DNA from: Macrostomum lignano
Lineage: Eukaryota
Direction: 5' to 3'
Assembly (NCBI GenBank): GCA_002269645.1
Contig: NIVC01000082.1
Location: 434,001-498,000 of the forward strand
Length of the DNA: 64,000 bases
Below the pieces are notes generated by a model. It had not been told where the DNA came from, made no database searches, and worked only from the letters and a program-made list of their open reading frames with translations. Every line of letters begins with the position of its first letter. Position 1 is the stretch's first letter. Shown piece after piece: positions 22,355 to 35,377 of this stretch. The position numbers were made by a program, and so were the translations under genes.

Positions 22355-23713
22355 TCAAACGGTAGTCTCGGTTTGGAACGCGCCAACCGCATCGTTGGAG
22401 GAGCGCTCGACTTCTCCGATAGCCAACGGCTGGGCGGCTTCGTCTCTGTCATTGCCCACGGGTTCCGGCCCGTTCCGGTTGCTGGCACCGGTTGTCTGGG
22501 TTGGCGAACTCTTTGGCTTACAATGATCACCTCCGGTGTCCGATCGCTTGTTCCTATTATTCATATTGTTGCCGGCGTCGTTGGACTTTTTGCATCGGCA
22601 TTCGAATAAATTGCAATTGTTGCAGCCGCACAGAGCCTTCTTAAAGTGCTGATCGTTGAAAAAGTAGATAAACACATTGACGGTTGAGTCGGCTAGGGAG
22701 AGGATCAGCGTCACCTGATAGATGTCCAGAAGACGAGCCGGGGATACCGATTTCAACAGCTTGTTAAACAAAAACACGAACGCTCTTGGCGACTCTAGCA
22801 AAGTAAAAGCCAACGAGAAGATGAACACCATTCTAGTTATGCGCTTGTTTCTCTCTGAGCTGTCAATCAGACTGTTGCTGCGAAGCGAATAGACTAGCAG
22901 AATGGACGAGGTGACAATGCAGCTCCAAGGTATGATCTGGCTCAGCGTTGTCCAAACCATGTTCACCGTTCGCCTATTGGCTTCCTGATCCTTAGTCACG
23001 TGAACAATCAATGTCCCTGGATTATTCCAGTCGCTAATGTTGCACACGTGAAATTCCCAATTGAAAATATTGCCAGCGTGGTTGATGCAGCTGCGAATAA
23101 GGCTAAGCGTGATGACGACTGATAGCAAAGCTACGAATAGGAGACTCACTCGGCGTGTGCTGTAGAGCTGGCTGACATTCACGTTGGTACGCCTGGTGGC
23201 CACATACCAGCGCAGCAGGGCCGTCATAGCAACCCAGGCATTCCTAATAAACTGAGACACAATGGACAGGTAAGCAGACAGCACTACCATACGATAGTAC
23301 AGAGTCACCAGCGTCCTACTCTCCGTTGGCAGGTAGATTGAAAATCGAAAATACGTCGTCGCCATCTCGTCGCCATCCAGGCCGGTCCAAGACAGGTTTC
23401 TAACTGTTCGCGAGTTGAGTATGTTGGCGTAGGTGACTCCGCTGGACAGGCAGAAGGCCACCTCGCAGGCGGATAGGAACACCAGAAAAATGTGGAAACT
23501 ATTTCGATTGTTCGGCTTTCGCAGCACCCGAAGGAACACGGAGAGGGACAGGATGTTCAGTAGCAGACCAGATGAGGACGCAATCAGAGTCAAGGCGTCC
23601 TTCACAGGCGACTGAGTTTGAGTAAAGTAGAGGCTCTCGTTAGCACCCGAGCACTGGCCTTGTAGCATTGCGCGGCTTTGTAGAGCAGGATATTGCAACA
23701 GTTGAGATGCCAA
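22355..23713 (-). CDS. Single-exon class A (rhodopsin-like) GPCR, probably of a flatworm-expanded peptide/chemoreceptor-like group
   Basis: Seven hydrophobic segments: GLLLN (TM1), LSACE (TM2), TALLRW at the DRY position, IIPW (TM5), LLESP (TM6), STVNVFIY (TM7), then the F-K-x-x-L helix 8. The first ATG is at 23668; an upstream spliced exon is possible. Confidence 0.85.
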   Translation of the reverse strand: MASQLLQYPALQSRAMLQGQCSGANESLYFTQTQSPVKDALTLIASSSGLLLNILSLSVFLRVLRKPNNRNSFHIFLVFLSACEVAFCLSSGVTYANILNSRTVRNLSWTGLDGDEMATTYFRFSIYLPTESRTLVTLYYRMVVLSAYLSIVSQFIRNAWVAMTALLRWYVATRRTNVNVSQLYSTRRVSLLFVALLSVVITLSLIRSCINHAGNIFNWEFHVCNISDWNNPGTLIVHVTKDQEANRRTVNMVWTTLSQIIPWSCIVTSSILLVYSLRSNSLIDSSERNKRITRMVFIFSLAFTLLESPRAFVFLFNKLLKSVSPARLLDIYQVTLILSLADSTVNVFIYFFNDQHFKKALCGCNNCNLFECRCKKSNDAGNNMNNRNKRSDTGGDHCKPKSSPTQTTGASNRNGPEPVGNDRDEAAQPLAIGEVERSSNDAVGAFQTETTV

Positions 23714-24479
23714 GCTTCCCTGGATAGAATGCTGGCATGAAGACTTATCTAGCCAGATATTTATTCCTTAGCCAAGAGAACCAAATGAGTGTAACATTCA
23801 GCTACGATTGGTTCCCGGCTAGTTTCAGCCTATGAGCCGCCTGCTGGAAAATCTTTAATCCTTTCTTTGTCCATGGCCGAGTGTTCGTGCACCGATTGGG
23901 ACACACTTATCGAACTTTTTGCTCTTGCAGTAATTCACAATGTGTACCTTTTGGAATCGACAGATTTAACTGTTTCTTAAGGCGTTTTTATGTAACCCTG
24001 GGCCTTCAGATAAATTCTAATGCATTAGAAGTGTTTTACAAATTGACCAGTATTAATAGTGATTCTTGGTTGCATGCTTGCAAGACAGAGGTGACGAAAC
24101 TAAAACAAAAATTTGCAGATCCTTGATGATACATCATGGTTACTGTAAGACAAGTTCAAATGCTGTCTGTGACTTATAAAAAGTATACTAATTCAGTATC
24201 CGTGATACGATATCCCCTGTACTGGTACGATTTCGGTTGTCCAGTACTTGCACTTCAGATGCGGGTACCTGTCTGTAGGTAAAACCCGAGCCATTGTGAA
24301 TCCGCGTTCGATTGTGAATCCCTAACCGTTGATGCATGGCTATAGCATCTGTCAGAGGCTTTGATATCGTGTGGGATGCCTTCTGAGGCGGCAGAGAAAA
24401 GTATTAACAATGGCAGACAAAATAGCAGAACAGAGCAACAGAAAGTTCGAGAAGGACGCAACACTCGAAATCTTTGGAA

Positions 24480-24950
24480 ATGTTTTGAAGGCCACTTTTC
24501 GCTGAAAAATACACTACGGAGATGGGAAGTTTTCATTTTTTCAGCACAAAAATTGTTATTTCTTTCGATAGGAGGCAGACCCAATGTCCATCTTTTTTGA
24601 TATGTTGTGCCTTTATTCTTATAGCTCTATTGATATTCATAAAGCTTTTCGTTCAGAAAATTAGGATAAAAGAGATTCATAAAACCAAAGATTGGAGCTG
24701 TGCCATGCATTTTAATGATTTTTGGTACTGCAAATGTACGTAGAATCAAAAATTAACATGAAATTCTAACTTTCTGAACGAGAAGCTTTATAAATATATC
24801 AATAGAGCTATGAGAAAGGCACAACATACATGTATCAAAAGATGAACATTGGGTCTGCTTCCTATCGAAAGCAATAACAATTTTTGTGTTGAAAAAAGAA
24901 AACTTCCTATATCTGTAGTGTACTTTTCGGCGAAAAGTGGCCTCCAAAAC
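24480..24950. mobile_element. Decayed foldback/MITE copy, same family as 43355-44045
   Basis: Arms such as AAATACACTACGGAGAT...GCTTTTCGTTCAGAAAATTAG recur in inverted orientation. Confidence 0.75.
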
Positions 24951-25754
24951 TTTTTCCATGAAACGTGATTGTCGCGTCCTGTATATAAGTTGCTTTGGTT
25001 TTCCTGGATTCGTATTCAAAAGGGTTCTTCATTTCACAGCAGCAATCAATTGAAAGTTGTTTAGCATTGACGATTTCGCAATGACCTTATTAGTCCGTGT
25101 TTCTTTCGCTTGCATATCGCGAATTAGCTTAGATTATAAGGGTCCTTCTTTTAATGGCCTCATCACTGTTGGGAGTCTCTGAATGTTAAAAAAATTGCCC
25201 AAAAAAATAGATTTCATCCAAGGATTTGATTGATCGTCAAATTAATATTTTCTAGCAGACTAAATCCAATAGGGAGACATCCGTTTCTTTTATATCCATA
25301 GGCATCGGTGTGTTTGCATCAATTATTCATGCTAGTTATAATATTTCTCGGGCGATGGCCTCGACCGGGGCATCACGCAGAGAGCCGCAGACGCTCAATG
25401 GGACGTCCGCGATAGTCTCCGGGGAGCCGTCTGGTCCTCCAGCCATTAATGGGAGGGGCCACGGCCCCCACCGCCTGGCAATTAAATAATCATTACAAAT
25501 TCGAGTTCTCGAAGCTGCAGCCACAGCCATCTGCTGCGTGTTTTTTTGTTCGGCGCGAATGCCATGGTGAACAGCTTTGTTTGCCGTCAAGAATTCGTTT
25601 GCTGCTTGACTATCGCCAGCGGCTGGTGTAGCTTGCAGTACTCTTAGCGCACCTGCACTCGAGGCGATTGCATCTTTCTCCAATGAGGGCCAACCCCCCT
25701 TCCAGAGGGCAGAGTGTGTCGTAGGGAATTTCTGAGATGTCAAATAACTCTCAT

Positions 25755-26030
25755 GCTACGGCTCATGGGGACTTACTGAGAGGTCATATGGCTCAGATGC
25801 GAAGGGCTCATGGGATATTACTGATATGAAAAATAGCTCAGATGCCAAGACTCATGGGGAATTACTGATATGACAAATGGCTCAGATGCCCAAGACTCAT
25901 GGGGAATTTATGATATGACAAATGGCTCAGATGCCAAGACTCATGGGGAATTTATGATATGACAAATGGCTCAGATGCCAAGACTCATGGGGAATTACTG
26001 ATATGACAAATGTCTCAGATTCCAAAGGCT
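25755..26030. repeat. About 44-bp array (GGCTCAGATGCCAAGACTCATGGGGAATTACTGATATGACAAAT)
   Basis: About 6 units. Confidence 0.85.
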
Positions 26031-26457
26031 CTTAATTACTGAAGTTCAATTGCGCGCATTGGTACTAACCGCAACAAATATTGCTTATAACTATCAGTTC
26101 TGCTTGCCTCGAAAGCGCTAACCTTATTTAGCTCCATACTTGATTGATTGGCTATGTGCATGTATAAGTTTACTTATAACAGGCACCCGCTATAATTTTT
26201 TGATTAGAGAAACCCAAAAAGGTCGGGAACGCCCGCACCGCAGTGTGGGACAAATAAACTTCAGAGATAGCTGGCTGGCCGACTGGGAGAGGGCCACGAA
26301 ATTAACCATTTTCCCTTAGTTATCATATCCCAATGTATGATTAGATCTGCAATAATCTGGACGCGGCAAGAAGTACATATGATACGTAAAATCTGGATTG
26401 CTGCTAAAATCCATGAGGCTAGCTTGAACTGTTTAAAGAATTGCATTTTGCCATTCC

Positions 26458-29400
26458 GGTCTGGATTCTACAAGAGTGACATATGGAGTTCGATTTAGCT
26501 ATCAAATCTGGATTCTACAAGAGTGACATATGGAGTTCGATTTAGCTATCAAATCTGGATTCTACAAGAGTGACATATGGAGTTCGATTTAGCTATCAAA
26601 TCTGGATTCTGCAGGAGTGACATATGGAGTTCGATTTAGCTATCAAATCTGGATTCTGCAGGAGTGACATGGAGTTCCATTTAGCTATCAAATCTGGATT
26701 CTGAGAGAGTGACATGGAGTTCGATTTAGCTATCAAATCTGGATTCTGCAGGAGTGACATGGAGTTCCATTTAGCTATCAAATCTGGATTCTGCAGGAGT
26801 GACATGGAGTTCCATTTAGCTATCAAATCTGGATTCTGAGAGAGTGACATGGAGTTCGATTTAGCTATCAAATCTGGATTCTGCAGGAGTGACATAGAGT
26901 TCGATTTAGCTATCAAATCTGGATTCTGAGAGAGTGACATGGAGTTCGATTTAGCCATCAAATCTGGATTCTGAGAGAGTGACATGGAGTTCCATTTAGC
27001 TATCAAATCTGGATTCTGCAGGAGTGACATAGAGTTCGATTTAGCTATCAAATCTGGATTCTGAGAGAGTGACATGGAGTTCCATTTAGCCATCAAATCT
27101 GGATTCTGAGAGAGTGACATGGAGTTCCATTTAGCTATCAAATCTGGATTCTGAGAGAGTGACATGGAGTTCGATTTAGCTATCAAATCTGGATTCTGCA
27201 GGAGTGACATGGAGTTCCATTTAGCTATCAAATCTGGATTCTGCAGGAGTGACATGGAGTTCCATTTAGCTATCAAATCTGGATTCTGAGAGAGTGACAT
27301 GGAGTTCGATTTAGCTATCAAATCTGGATTCTGCAGGAGTGACATAGAGTTCGATTTAGCTATCAAATCTGGATTCTGAGAGAGTGACATGGAGTTCGAT
27401 TTAGCCATCAAATCTGGATTCTGAGAGAGTGACATGGAGTTCCATTTAGCTATCAAATCTGGATTCTGCAGGAGTGACATAGAGTTCGATTTAGCTATCA
27501 AATCTGGATTCTGAGAGAGTGACATGGAGTTCCATTTAGCCATCAAATCTGGATTCTGAGAGAGTGACATGGAGTTCGATTTAGCTATCAAATCTGGATT
27601 CTGCAGGAGTGACATGGAGTTCGATTCAGCTATAAAATCTGGATTCTACAAGAGTGACATATGGAGTTCGATTTAGCTATCAAATCTGGATTCTGCAGGA
27701 GTGACATGGAGTTCGATTTAGCTATCAAATCTGGATTCTGCAGGAGTGACATGGAGTTCCATTTAGCTATCAAATCTGGATTCTGAGAGAGTGACATGGA
27801 GTTCGATTTAGCTATCAAATCTGGATTCTGCAGGAGTGACATGGAGTTCGATTTAGCTATCAAATCTGGATTCTGAGAGAGTGACATGGAGTTCGATTTA
27901 GCTATCAAATCTGGATTCTGAGAGAGTGACATGGAGTTCCATTTAGCTATCAAATCTGGATTCTGCAGGAGTGACATGGAGTTCGATTTAGCTATCAAAT
28001 CTGGATTCTGCAGGAGTGACATGGAGTTCGATTTAGCTATCAAATCTGGATTCTGCAGGAGTGACATGGAGTTCCATTTAGCTATCAAATCTGGATTCTG
28101 AGAGAGTGACATGGAGTTCCATTTAGCTATTAAATCTGGATTCTGCAGGAGTGACATAGAGTTCGATTTAGCTATCAAATCTGGATTCTGAGAGAGTGAC
28201 ATGGAGTTCGATTTAGCCATCAAATCTGGATTCTGAGAGAGTGACATGGAGTTCCATTTAGCTATCAAATCTGGATTCTGAGAGAGTGACATAGAGTTCG
28301 ATTTAGCTATCAAATCTGGATTCTGCAGGAGTGACATGGAGTTCGATTTAGCTATCAAATCTGGATTCTGAGAGAGTGACATAGAGTTCGATTTAGCTAT
28401 CAAATCTGGATTCTGAGAGAGTGACATGGAGTTCGATTTAGCCATCAAATCTGGATTCTGAGAGAGTGACATGGAGTTCCATTTAGCTATCAAATCTGGA
28501 TTCTGCAGGAGTGACATAGAGTTCGATTTAGCTATCAAATCTGGATTCTGAGAGAGTGACATGGAGTTCCATTTAGCTATCAAATCTGGATTCTGAGAGA
28601 GTGACATAGAGTTCGATTTAGCTATCAAATCTGGATTCTGCAGGAGTGACATGGAGTTCCATTTAGCTATCAAATCTGGATTCTGAGAGAGTGACATGGA
28701 GTTCCATTTAGCTATCAAATCTGGATTCTGCAGGAGTGACATAGAGTTCGATTTAGCTATCAAATCTGGATTCTGAGAGAGTGACATGGAGTTCGATTTA
28801 GCCATCAAATCTGGATTCTGAGAGAGTGACATGGAGTTCGATTTAGCTATCAAATCTGGATTCTGCAGGAGTGACATGGAGTTCGATTCAGCTATAAAAT
28901 CTGGATTCTACAAGAGTGACATATGGAGTTCGATTTAGCTATCAAATCTGGATTCTGCAGGAGTGACATGGAGTTCCATTTAGCTATCAAATCTGGATTC
29001 TGCAGGAGTGACATGGAGTTCCATTTAGCTATCAAATCTGGATTCTGCAGGAGTGACATAGAGTTCGATTTAGCCATCAAATCTGGATTCTGCAGGAGTG
29101 ACATAGAGTTCGATTTAGCTATCAAATCTGGATTCTGAGAGAGGGACATGGAGTTCCATTTAACTATCAAATCTGGATTCTGCAGGAGTGACATGGAGTT
29201 CGATTTAGCTATCAAATCTGGATTCTGCAGGAGTGACATGGAGTTCCATTTAGCTATCAAATCTGGATTCTGAGAGAGTGACATGGAGTTCGATTTAGCT
29301 ATCAAATCTGGATTCTGCAGGAGTGACATGGAGTTCCATTTAGCTATCAAATCTGGATTCTGAGAGAGTGACATAGAGTTCGATTTAGCTATCAAATCTG

Positions 29401-30725
29401 GATTCTGCAGGAGTGACATGGAGTTCGATTTAGCCATCAAATCTGGATTCTGAGAGAGTGACATGGAGTTCCATTTAGCTATCAAATCTGGATTCTGCAG
29501 GAGTGACATGGAGTTCGATTCAGCTATAAAATCTGGATTCTACAAGAGTGACATATGGAGTTCGATTTAGCTATCAAATCTGGATTCTGCAGGAGTGACA
29601 TAGAGTTCGATTTAGCTATCAAATCTGGATTCTGAGAGAGTGACATGGAGTTCGATTTAGCTATCAAATCTGGATTCTGAGAGAGTGACATGGAGTTCCA
29701 TTTAGCTATCAAATCTGGATTCTGCAGGAGTGACATGGAGTTCGATTCAGCTATAAAATCTGGATTCTACAAGAGTGACATATGGAGTTCGATTTAGCTA
29801 TCAAATCTGGATTCTGCAGGAGTGACATAGAGTTCGATTTAGCTATCAAATCTGGATTCTGAGAGAGTGACATGGAGTTCGATTTAGCTATCAAATCTGG
29901 ATTCTGAGAGAGTGACATGGAGTTCCATTTAGCTATCAAATCTGGATTCTGCAGGAGTGACATGGAGTTCGATTCAGCTATAAAATCTGGATTCTACAAG
30001 AGTGACATATGGAGTTCGATTTAGCTATCAAATCTGGATTCTGCAGGAGTGACATGGAGTTCCATTTAGCTATCAAATCTGGATTCTGAGAGAGTGACAT
30101 AGAGTTCGATTTAGCTATCAAATCTGGATTCTGCAGGAGTGACATGGAGTTCGATTTAGCCATCAAATCTGGATTCTGAGAGAGTGACATGGAGTTCCAT
30201 TTAGCTATCAAATCTGGATTCTGCAGGAGTGACATGGAGTTCGATTCAGCTATAAAATCTGGATTCTACAAGAGTGACATATGGAGTTCGATTTAGCTAT
30301 CAAATCTGGATTCTGCAGGAGTGACATAGAGTTCGATTTAGCTATCAAATCTGGATTCTGAGAGAGTGACATGGAGTTCGATTTAGCTATCAAATCTGGA
30401 TTCTGAGAGAGTGACATGGAGTTCCATTTAGCTATCAAATCTGGATTCTGCAGGAGTGACATGGAGTTCGATTCAGCTATAAAATCTGGATTCTACAAGA
30501 GTGACATATGGAGTTCGATTTAGCTATCAAATCTGGATTCTGCAGGAGTGACATGGAGTTCGATTTAGCTATCAAATCTGGATTCTGCAGGAGTGACATG
30601 GAGTTCGATTCAGCTATAAAATCTGGATTCTGCAGGAGTGACATGGAGTTCCATTTAGCTATCAAATCTGGATTCTGCAGGAGTGACATGGAGTTCGATT
30701 CAGCTATAAAATCTGGATTCTGCAG
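26458..30725. repeat. 4.3-kb array of 45-bp units with variant 47-bp units and higher-order structure
   Basis: About 95 units of GGAGTGACATGGAGTTCGATTTAGCTATCAAATCTGGATTCTGCA. Confidence 0.97.
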
Positions 30726-30759
30726 GATACTATAGACATAAAATCCAGAATCCATACCG

Positions 30760-31000
30760 ATGATATTCGACTTATAAGGTTTCCCTCTCCTGATCATTAT
30801 AGGCAATAGAACTCCATGATTCTTTAGCTGGCATTTTTGCGAGGATTGCCTGTCTCTTATGCACCTGTAGAGTGGCAGGCCGTTTTCTCGTGCGCATTAA
30901 AGATAACGGCCAGTAGTGGAATAGCATATAGCTCTGCTATATCGCTAATAACTTCTGAACATTTCTGCCGCCCTGCCTTCACGCAGCAATTTTACGAACG
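30760..31000 (-). mobile_element. Possible highly decayed LINE reverse-transcriptase fragment
   Basis: The minus frame reads ELYAIPLLAVIFN...STGA*ETGNP...GNLISRISSV, resembling the PL..IFN..G..P..WK.A...NYRPISL RT N-terminus; it contains stops. Confidence 0.3.
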
Positions 31001-31439
31001 CGTTGTGCTTCATCAATTAATCTTTGGTCAGTAGGGTTATTCAGATTCACCTGTTGGGAGTTTTTTCTGCCAAAAACGCGCTGGGAAAAGCTTTCCGCAT
31101 AGATCTACATGGATTTGTGTGCCGCGGTTCGATCCTACAGAAGTCTACGCGAGGATTAGTAGAAGTAATACATTGGATATTGTGGATTTCACTATCGCAT
31201 GTCTTGTAGTACCCACTTAATTTGGTGGGCTGTTTTGCTTAAATTATGCCTTTGTAATGCATTGTATTTGTTTTTTAGAACAAGCTCAATTTCTGAAGCA
31301 GTCATATGCTGATCTAGATCCGGCCAGCCGGATTTAAATTTAATTAGTTTGGCTATAGTTCCAAGCTTTGCCGAACGCCAGAAGAAACAAAAGAAATCGG
31401 TTTACAAGCTCTTGGCCTTGCTCTTGGCTTGCTCTTGGT

Positions 31440-32160
31440 TCTCTCTACGTCCAGTGGTCACTGGTGGTTTCGCTACCATTTCCCTTGTCATGTGAGCCAG
31501 TCACGTGACAGGCTCTGCTTTCTCGCAGTCCAAAGTACAGTAAACACCTTTACTTTACATTATGTTCGGTCCATGCGTATGGCAGAATCACATGTCTGGG
31601 GACCCTAATCTTCTCCGAGGCAAAAGTTGACGTCAGTTTCTAAAAACAGCTACTAGCTGTGTCACGCAATCTTGCGTGCTCTGGCGCGATGGAGGTCTTG
31701 CGTGCAATGCTACAATGCGATTCTTGCCACCATATAAGTATGGACCCCCCTTAACCAATTATTTCCACCAAGATTTTCAGTTGTTTTCCTCTCGATTTCT
31801 CTTTGTCCCGTGAGTGCCTGAATCTGCAATCTAGCATTGTCTCAACTGAAGGCTCAGCTAATCACAGGCAGACTCCCGAGTCTGCATGGGGCTAACATCG
31901 CCCTCCCAACCACCCACTGAGCCCGGCAGGAACTAACTGACCATCCGTCTAAATCGTAAATCTGCACGAAGTGCTGAGTTCGCTCGACTTGTTTCGATCG
32001 TTCTGAAAGGCGCTCGATCACCTCACCGAAGACTGGGACCTTGAGGGACTGGTGGCAGCACTAGAAAAGGCTACCGATCGAAGAAATACGAGGACAGAGA
32101 GCCTCCATGGTTTAGAAGTACAGATACGGCACAATCGATTAGACATTTTCAAGTCAACAG
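31440..32160 (+). mobile_element. Diverged solo LTR related to the LTR at 61588-62570 (boundaries approximate)
   Basis: Shared collinear blocks: TTCCCTTGTCATGTGAGC.AGTCAC.TGACA, TGACGTCAGTT.CTAAAAA and CTCACCTCA.CGAAG.CTG.GACCT.GA.GGA.CT.GTGGCAGCACTA. Confidence 0.65.
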
Positions 32161-35100
32161 TCTAGTAAATCGTCATCACTAGCTGATCTGGATCTCTCAT
32201 ATTCGCTCCACTATACATGTACATGTACAGCTTCAGCCCACTGGGTCCCTAGCCTCCTCACACCGGAGCTCAAGGCACAGCGAGTGAGTATATTGCGAAG
32301 TAAAACATCGAGTTCATTCAGAAGCAAGGTGGGTGGGATAACTTTAGCAAGCTGATGATCATGTCCGGTGAGGAAACATGGATCCTGCTCTTTGATCCTG
32401 AAGCAACTAAATCTCCGCTTCTCTTTACAAACGATTACGCAACTTCTGCAAACACTACCATGAATATATTCTCCATACATTGCAGAATTTTAATGTTTAA
32501 CCGCATTATAAATAATGTCACCTGCCTGCCCCCAATAACACCCATTTGGACCACCAATAATGTCCAGAACATATTTACCGTCAACGGCATTCTGACAATA
32601 GTTTCACATACAATATGTACATAGCCAATCCCATTTGCCAACTAAGAATACTTGTCAACCGTATGCTGGTCAATTTGAATACAACCGCTACAATGATCAC
32701 CAATAACCTTATTTGGCTAAATGATCATTGATCAAACAAAGAGCGATACCATACAAAATAGTTAAAACATTAGCTAACTGCTCATTGTATAGCCAGAAGG
32801 ATTTTGCATAGTTTAATTACTTGATAATAACTCTGCAATTAAGCTTGAATTTTTAATCTTCTTGTCCCATGCCAGGCAATGTTTTACTAATATCGTTTTA
32901 TTGGGTCTTGTCAAGGCTTACGGGGGAATAGCTGAGATGTCAAGCTCACGGGGGAATAAATGAGATGTCAAGGCTAAAGTCAGAAGCTACATGTAGTTTA
33001 TTGAAAACTTTTGATTACATTATTTGTTGGCTCCTCACCGGAGGGATCGCTGATAGAAAAAGCGTAATGTAAAAAATAAAATAAGCTTCATGTCGAAGTT
33101 AAGAGATTCATTTGGGAATCCCTACGATGTCGAGGCTTGCAGGGAATCGCTATAATGCTGTAGTAGTGCTATAATGACTCTTAGAGAGAATTACTGAAAT
33201 TTCAATGCTTTAGGGTTAGGGTTAGGGTTAGAAAGTAAACAGATTTTTTAAGATTTCAAGGCTTATGGGGGCATCGCTGAGATGTCAAGGGGGGAGTTGA
33301 TATGTTAAGGCTTGTGGGGGGAATTGCTGACATGTCAAGACTTACAAGGGACTGCTGGGGTAAAATGCAAAGAGACGCTACATGTAGTTTATTAAAACAA
33401 CTTGTACTGCATTTTTTAGGCTCACCAACGGGGGGCGCTGATTGCTAGTGTTTTACTAATATCATTTTATTGGGTCTTGTCCTAGCTACTGCAGTTTAAT
33501 TTCATTTTTTCTATATAGTTTAGTATATGGGATTCTGCCATTTCTTTTCTACATTGCCAGAACAATTTCAATTTCTACTCAAAGACTACACAGCTGTTGT
33601 CATTTGGACTAATTATTCGTATGCGATTCGCTAGCTTTATCAAAACTATTTTGCAGTCGTCAGTTCAATGGTGCTTTTAGCATTAATCAATTAAGGTATT
33701 CAGTACAGGCCTTGGTCTTCACGGTTTCCAAAACACAGGAAAACCCTTGCAGTCTTAAACTATATCGGCTCTTACGGTACAAAAAGCTTCACTGTAGAAA
33801 CTGTACTGTTAATAATAACAAAGGAATGAACTATACTTTTCGAATGGTAACCAGTAGCTTGTGTTTGTTATATTTGCAGAATAATATCCGCTTTTACGAC
33901 AAATTTGCAACCATTCGAGTGATTGTTATAATTTCCTGTGATTTCTTCTGCATGTTGAACTACTCGGCATACAGAGCAATCTCGGCGATATAGATCACCG
34001 GCTTCCAGGAATCACTGAAAATAGCAATCTTCAAGCATTTTACGTCAAAAGCAGAGCACTCGTGCACTGAGTACGGATTAAGAATATCGACTTTAGTTTT
34101 ACAATTTTTAATATGATTTTTATTAGAATCTTTTAGTATGATTTCCAGTGACGTAGAGTCAACTGGGTCGCCTTGCCAGCTGATAAGTCCTTTCACAGAC
34201 GCAACTTGGTCGAGTGTGTACTTGTAGTAAAAGCGAGAAATTACCGAACCACCGCCTTTATTACTTATACGTTCGCCATAACTCAGTCTACTGTACGTTT
34301 TCAAATCCTTATCAATAGATTTTTTACATTCCTTTAATAAAAAATCATAGTACCCGTATCCCTCGCAACTCATGTGCAGCTTGCCTGAAAAATTTTAGAA
34401 TAAATAAAAGCTATATAAAGGTAGTAAATAGAGTATTGGAAGTGCAACTACTTACGGTGACATTTCTCCGTGCCAAAGGTAAGCCCAGAGTCGGGGCATA
34501 GGTCACAGTGTGCCATTCCAATTCGGCGCTTTAGGGCGAAGTTCAAATCGCAGTCATGGCATTTTTTGGAACCGGATTCGCTGGCGTAGGTGCCAGCGGG
34601 ACATTTGGCGCACTCGCTGCTACCTGGGTTGAAGGAGAAAGTGCCAGCTGAGCACAAAGTGCAATTTACCGATCCCGAGCTAGGAGTGAACGAGCCTGCA
34701 GGGCACTTGGCGCACGGGATGCCCTCGGCTGGACTGAACTCGCCCCTCTTGCAGTTATTGGCGCAGCTCACTGAGCCCTCCTCACTCGACGTTCCAGCAG
34801 GGCAAGCAGTGCAAGATTTCTGTCCTGGCTTGTCGGCGAAGGACCCCGCAGAGCACAACTGGCACTGCGCCTGTCTCTCTGCTTTATTGAACTGTCCGAC
34901 TGGACATGGAGTGCACTCCGTTTGACCTCGCTGAGCTGCGAACAAGCCGGCACTGCAGGCCGCACACGAAGCAGATCCGTTAAACCTGCTTGCTGTTCCA
35001 ACATGGCACTGCTGGCACTGTACCGATCCTGGCTTGGAAGCGAAATTTCCTGGACTGCAGAGCATGCAATTCACAGTCGCTTGTGATGCAGAAAAAGTTC

Positions 35101-35377
35101 CAGGAGCGCATGACAAGCAGTGGTGATTTCCCGTTGTGTTCTTGAAAGTTCCTGGTTGGCAGGGCACGCACAGCTTTTCCTTGCTGTCACTCAGTTGGTA
35201 GCCAACTGGACACTCTGGTAAGCACTGCACTTTGCTGACTCTCCTGCCACCAATAGAATGCTTTAATTCAACGCGCACATTGCGACACTGGAAGCAGCTG
35301 GTGTCATCTTTTGCTAGATTGCAGTCGATGCACTCTTTGTGACAATCCAGCAAGCAGTGACCATCAACCAACTTGTA

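Noticed and set aside
25336-25743. GC-rich 135-aa minus ORF, faintly homeodomain-like
   Set aside because: It lacks the WF.N.R core and a proper ATG.
26458-30725. CRISPR-like appearance and long repeat ORFs (MSLLQNPDLIAK...)
   Set aside because: Units are contiguous with no unique spacers and no cas genes are present; the ORFs arise from a stop-free 45-bp unit.
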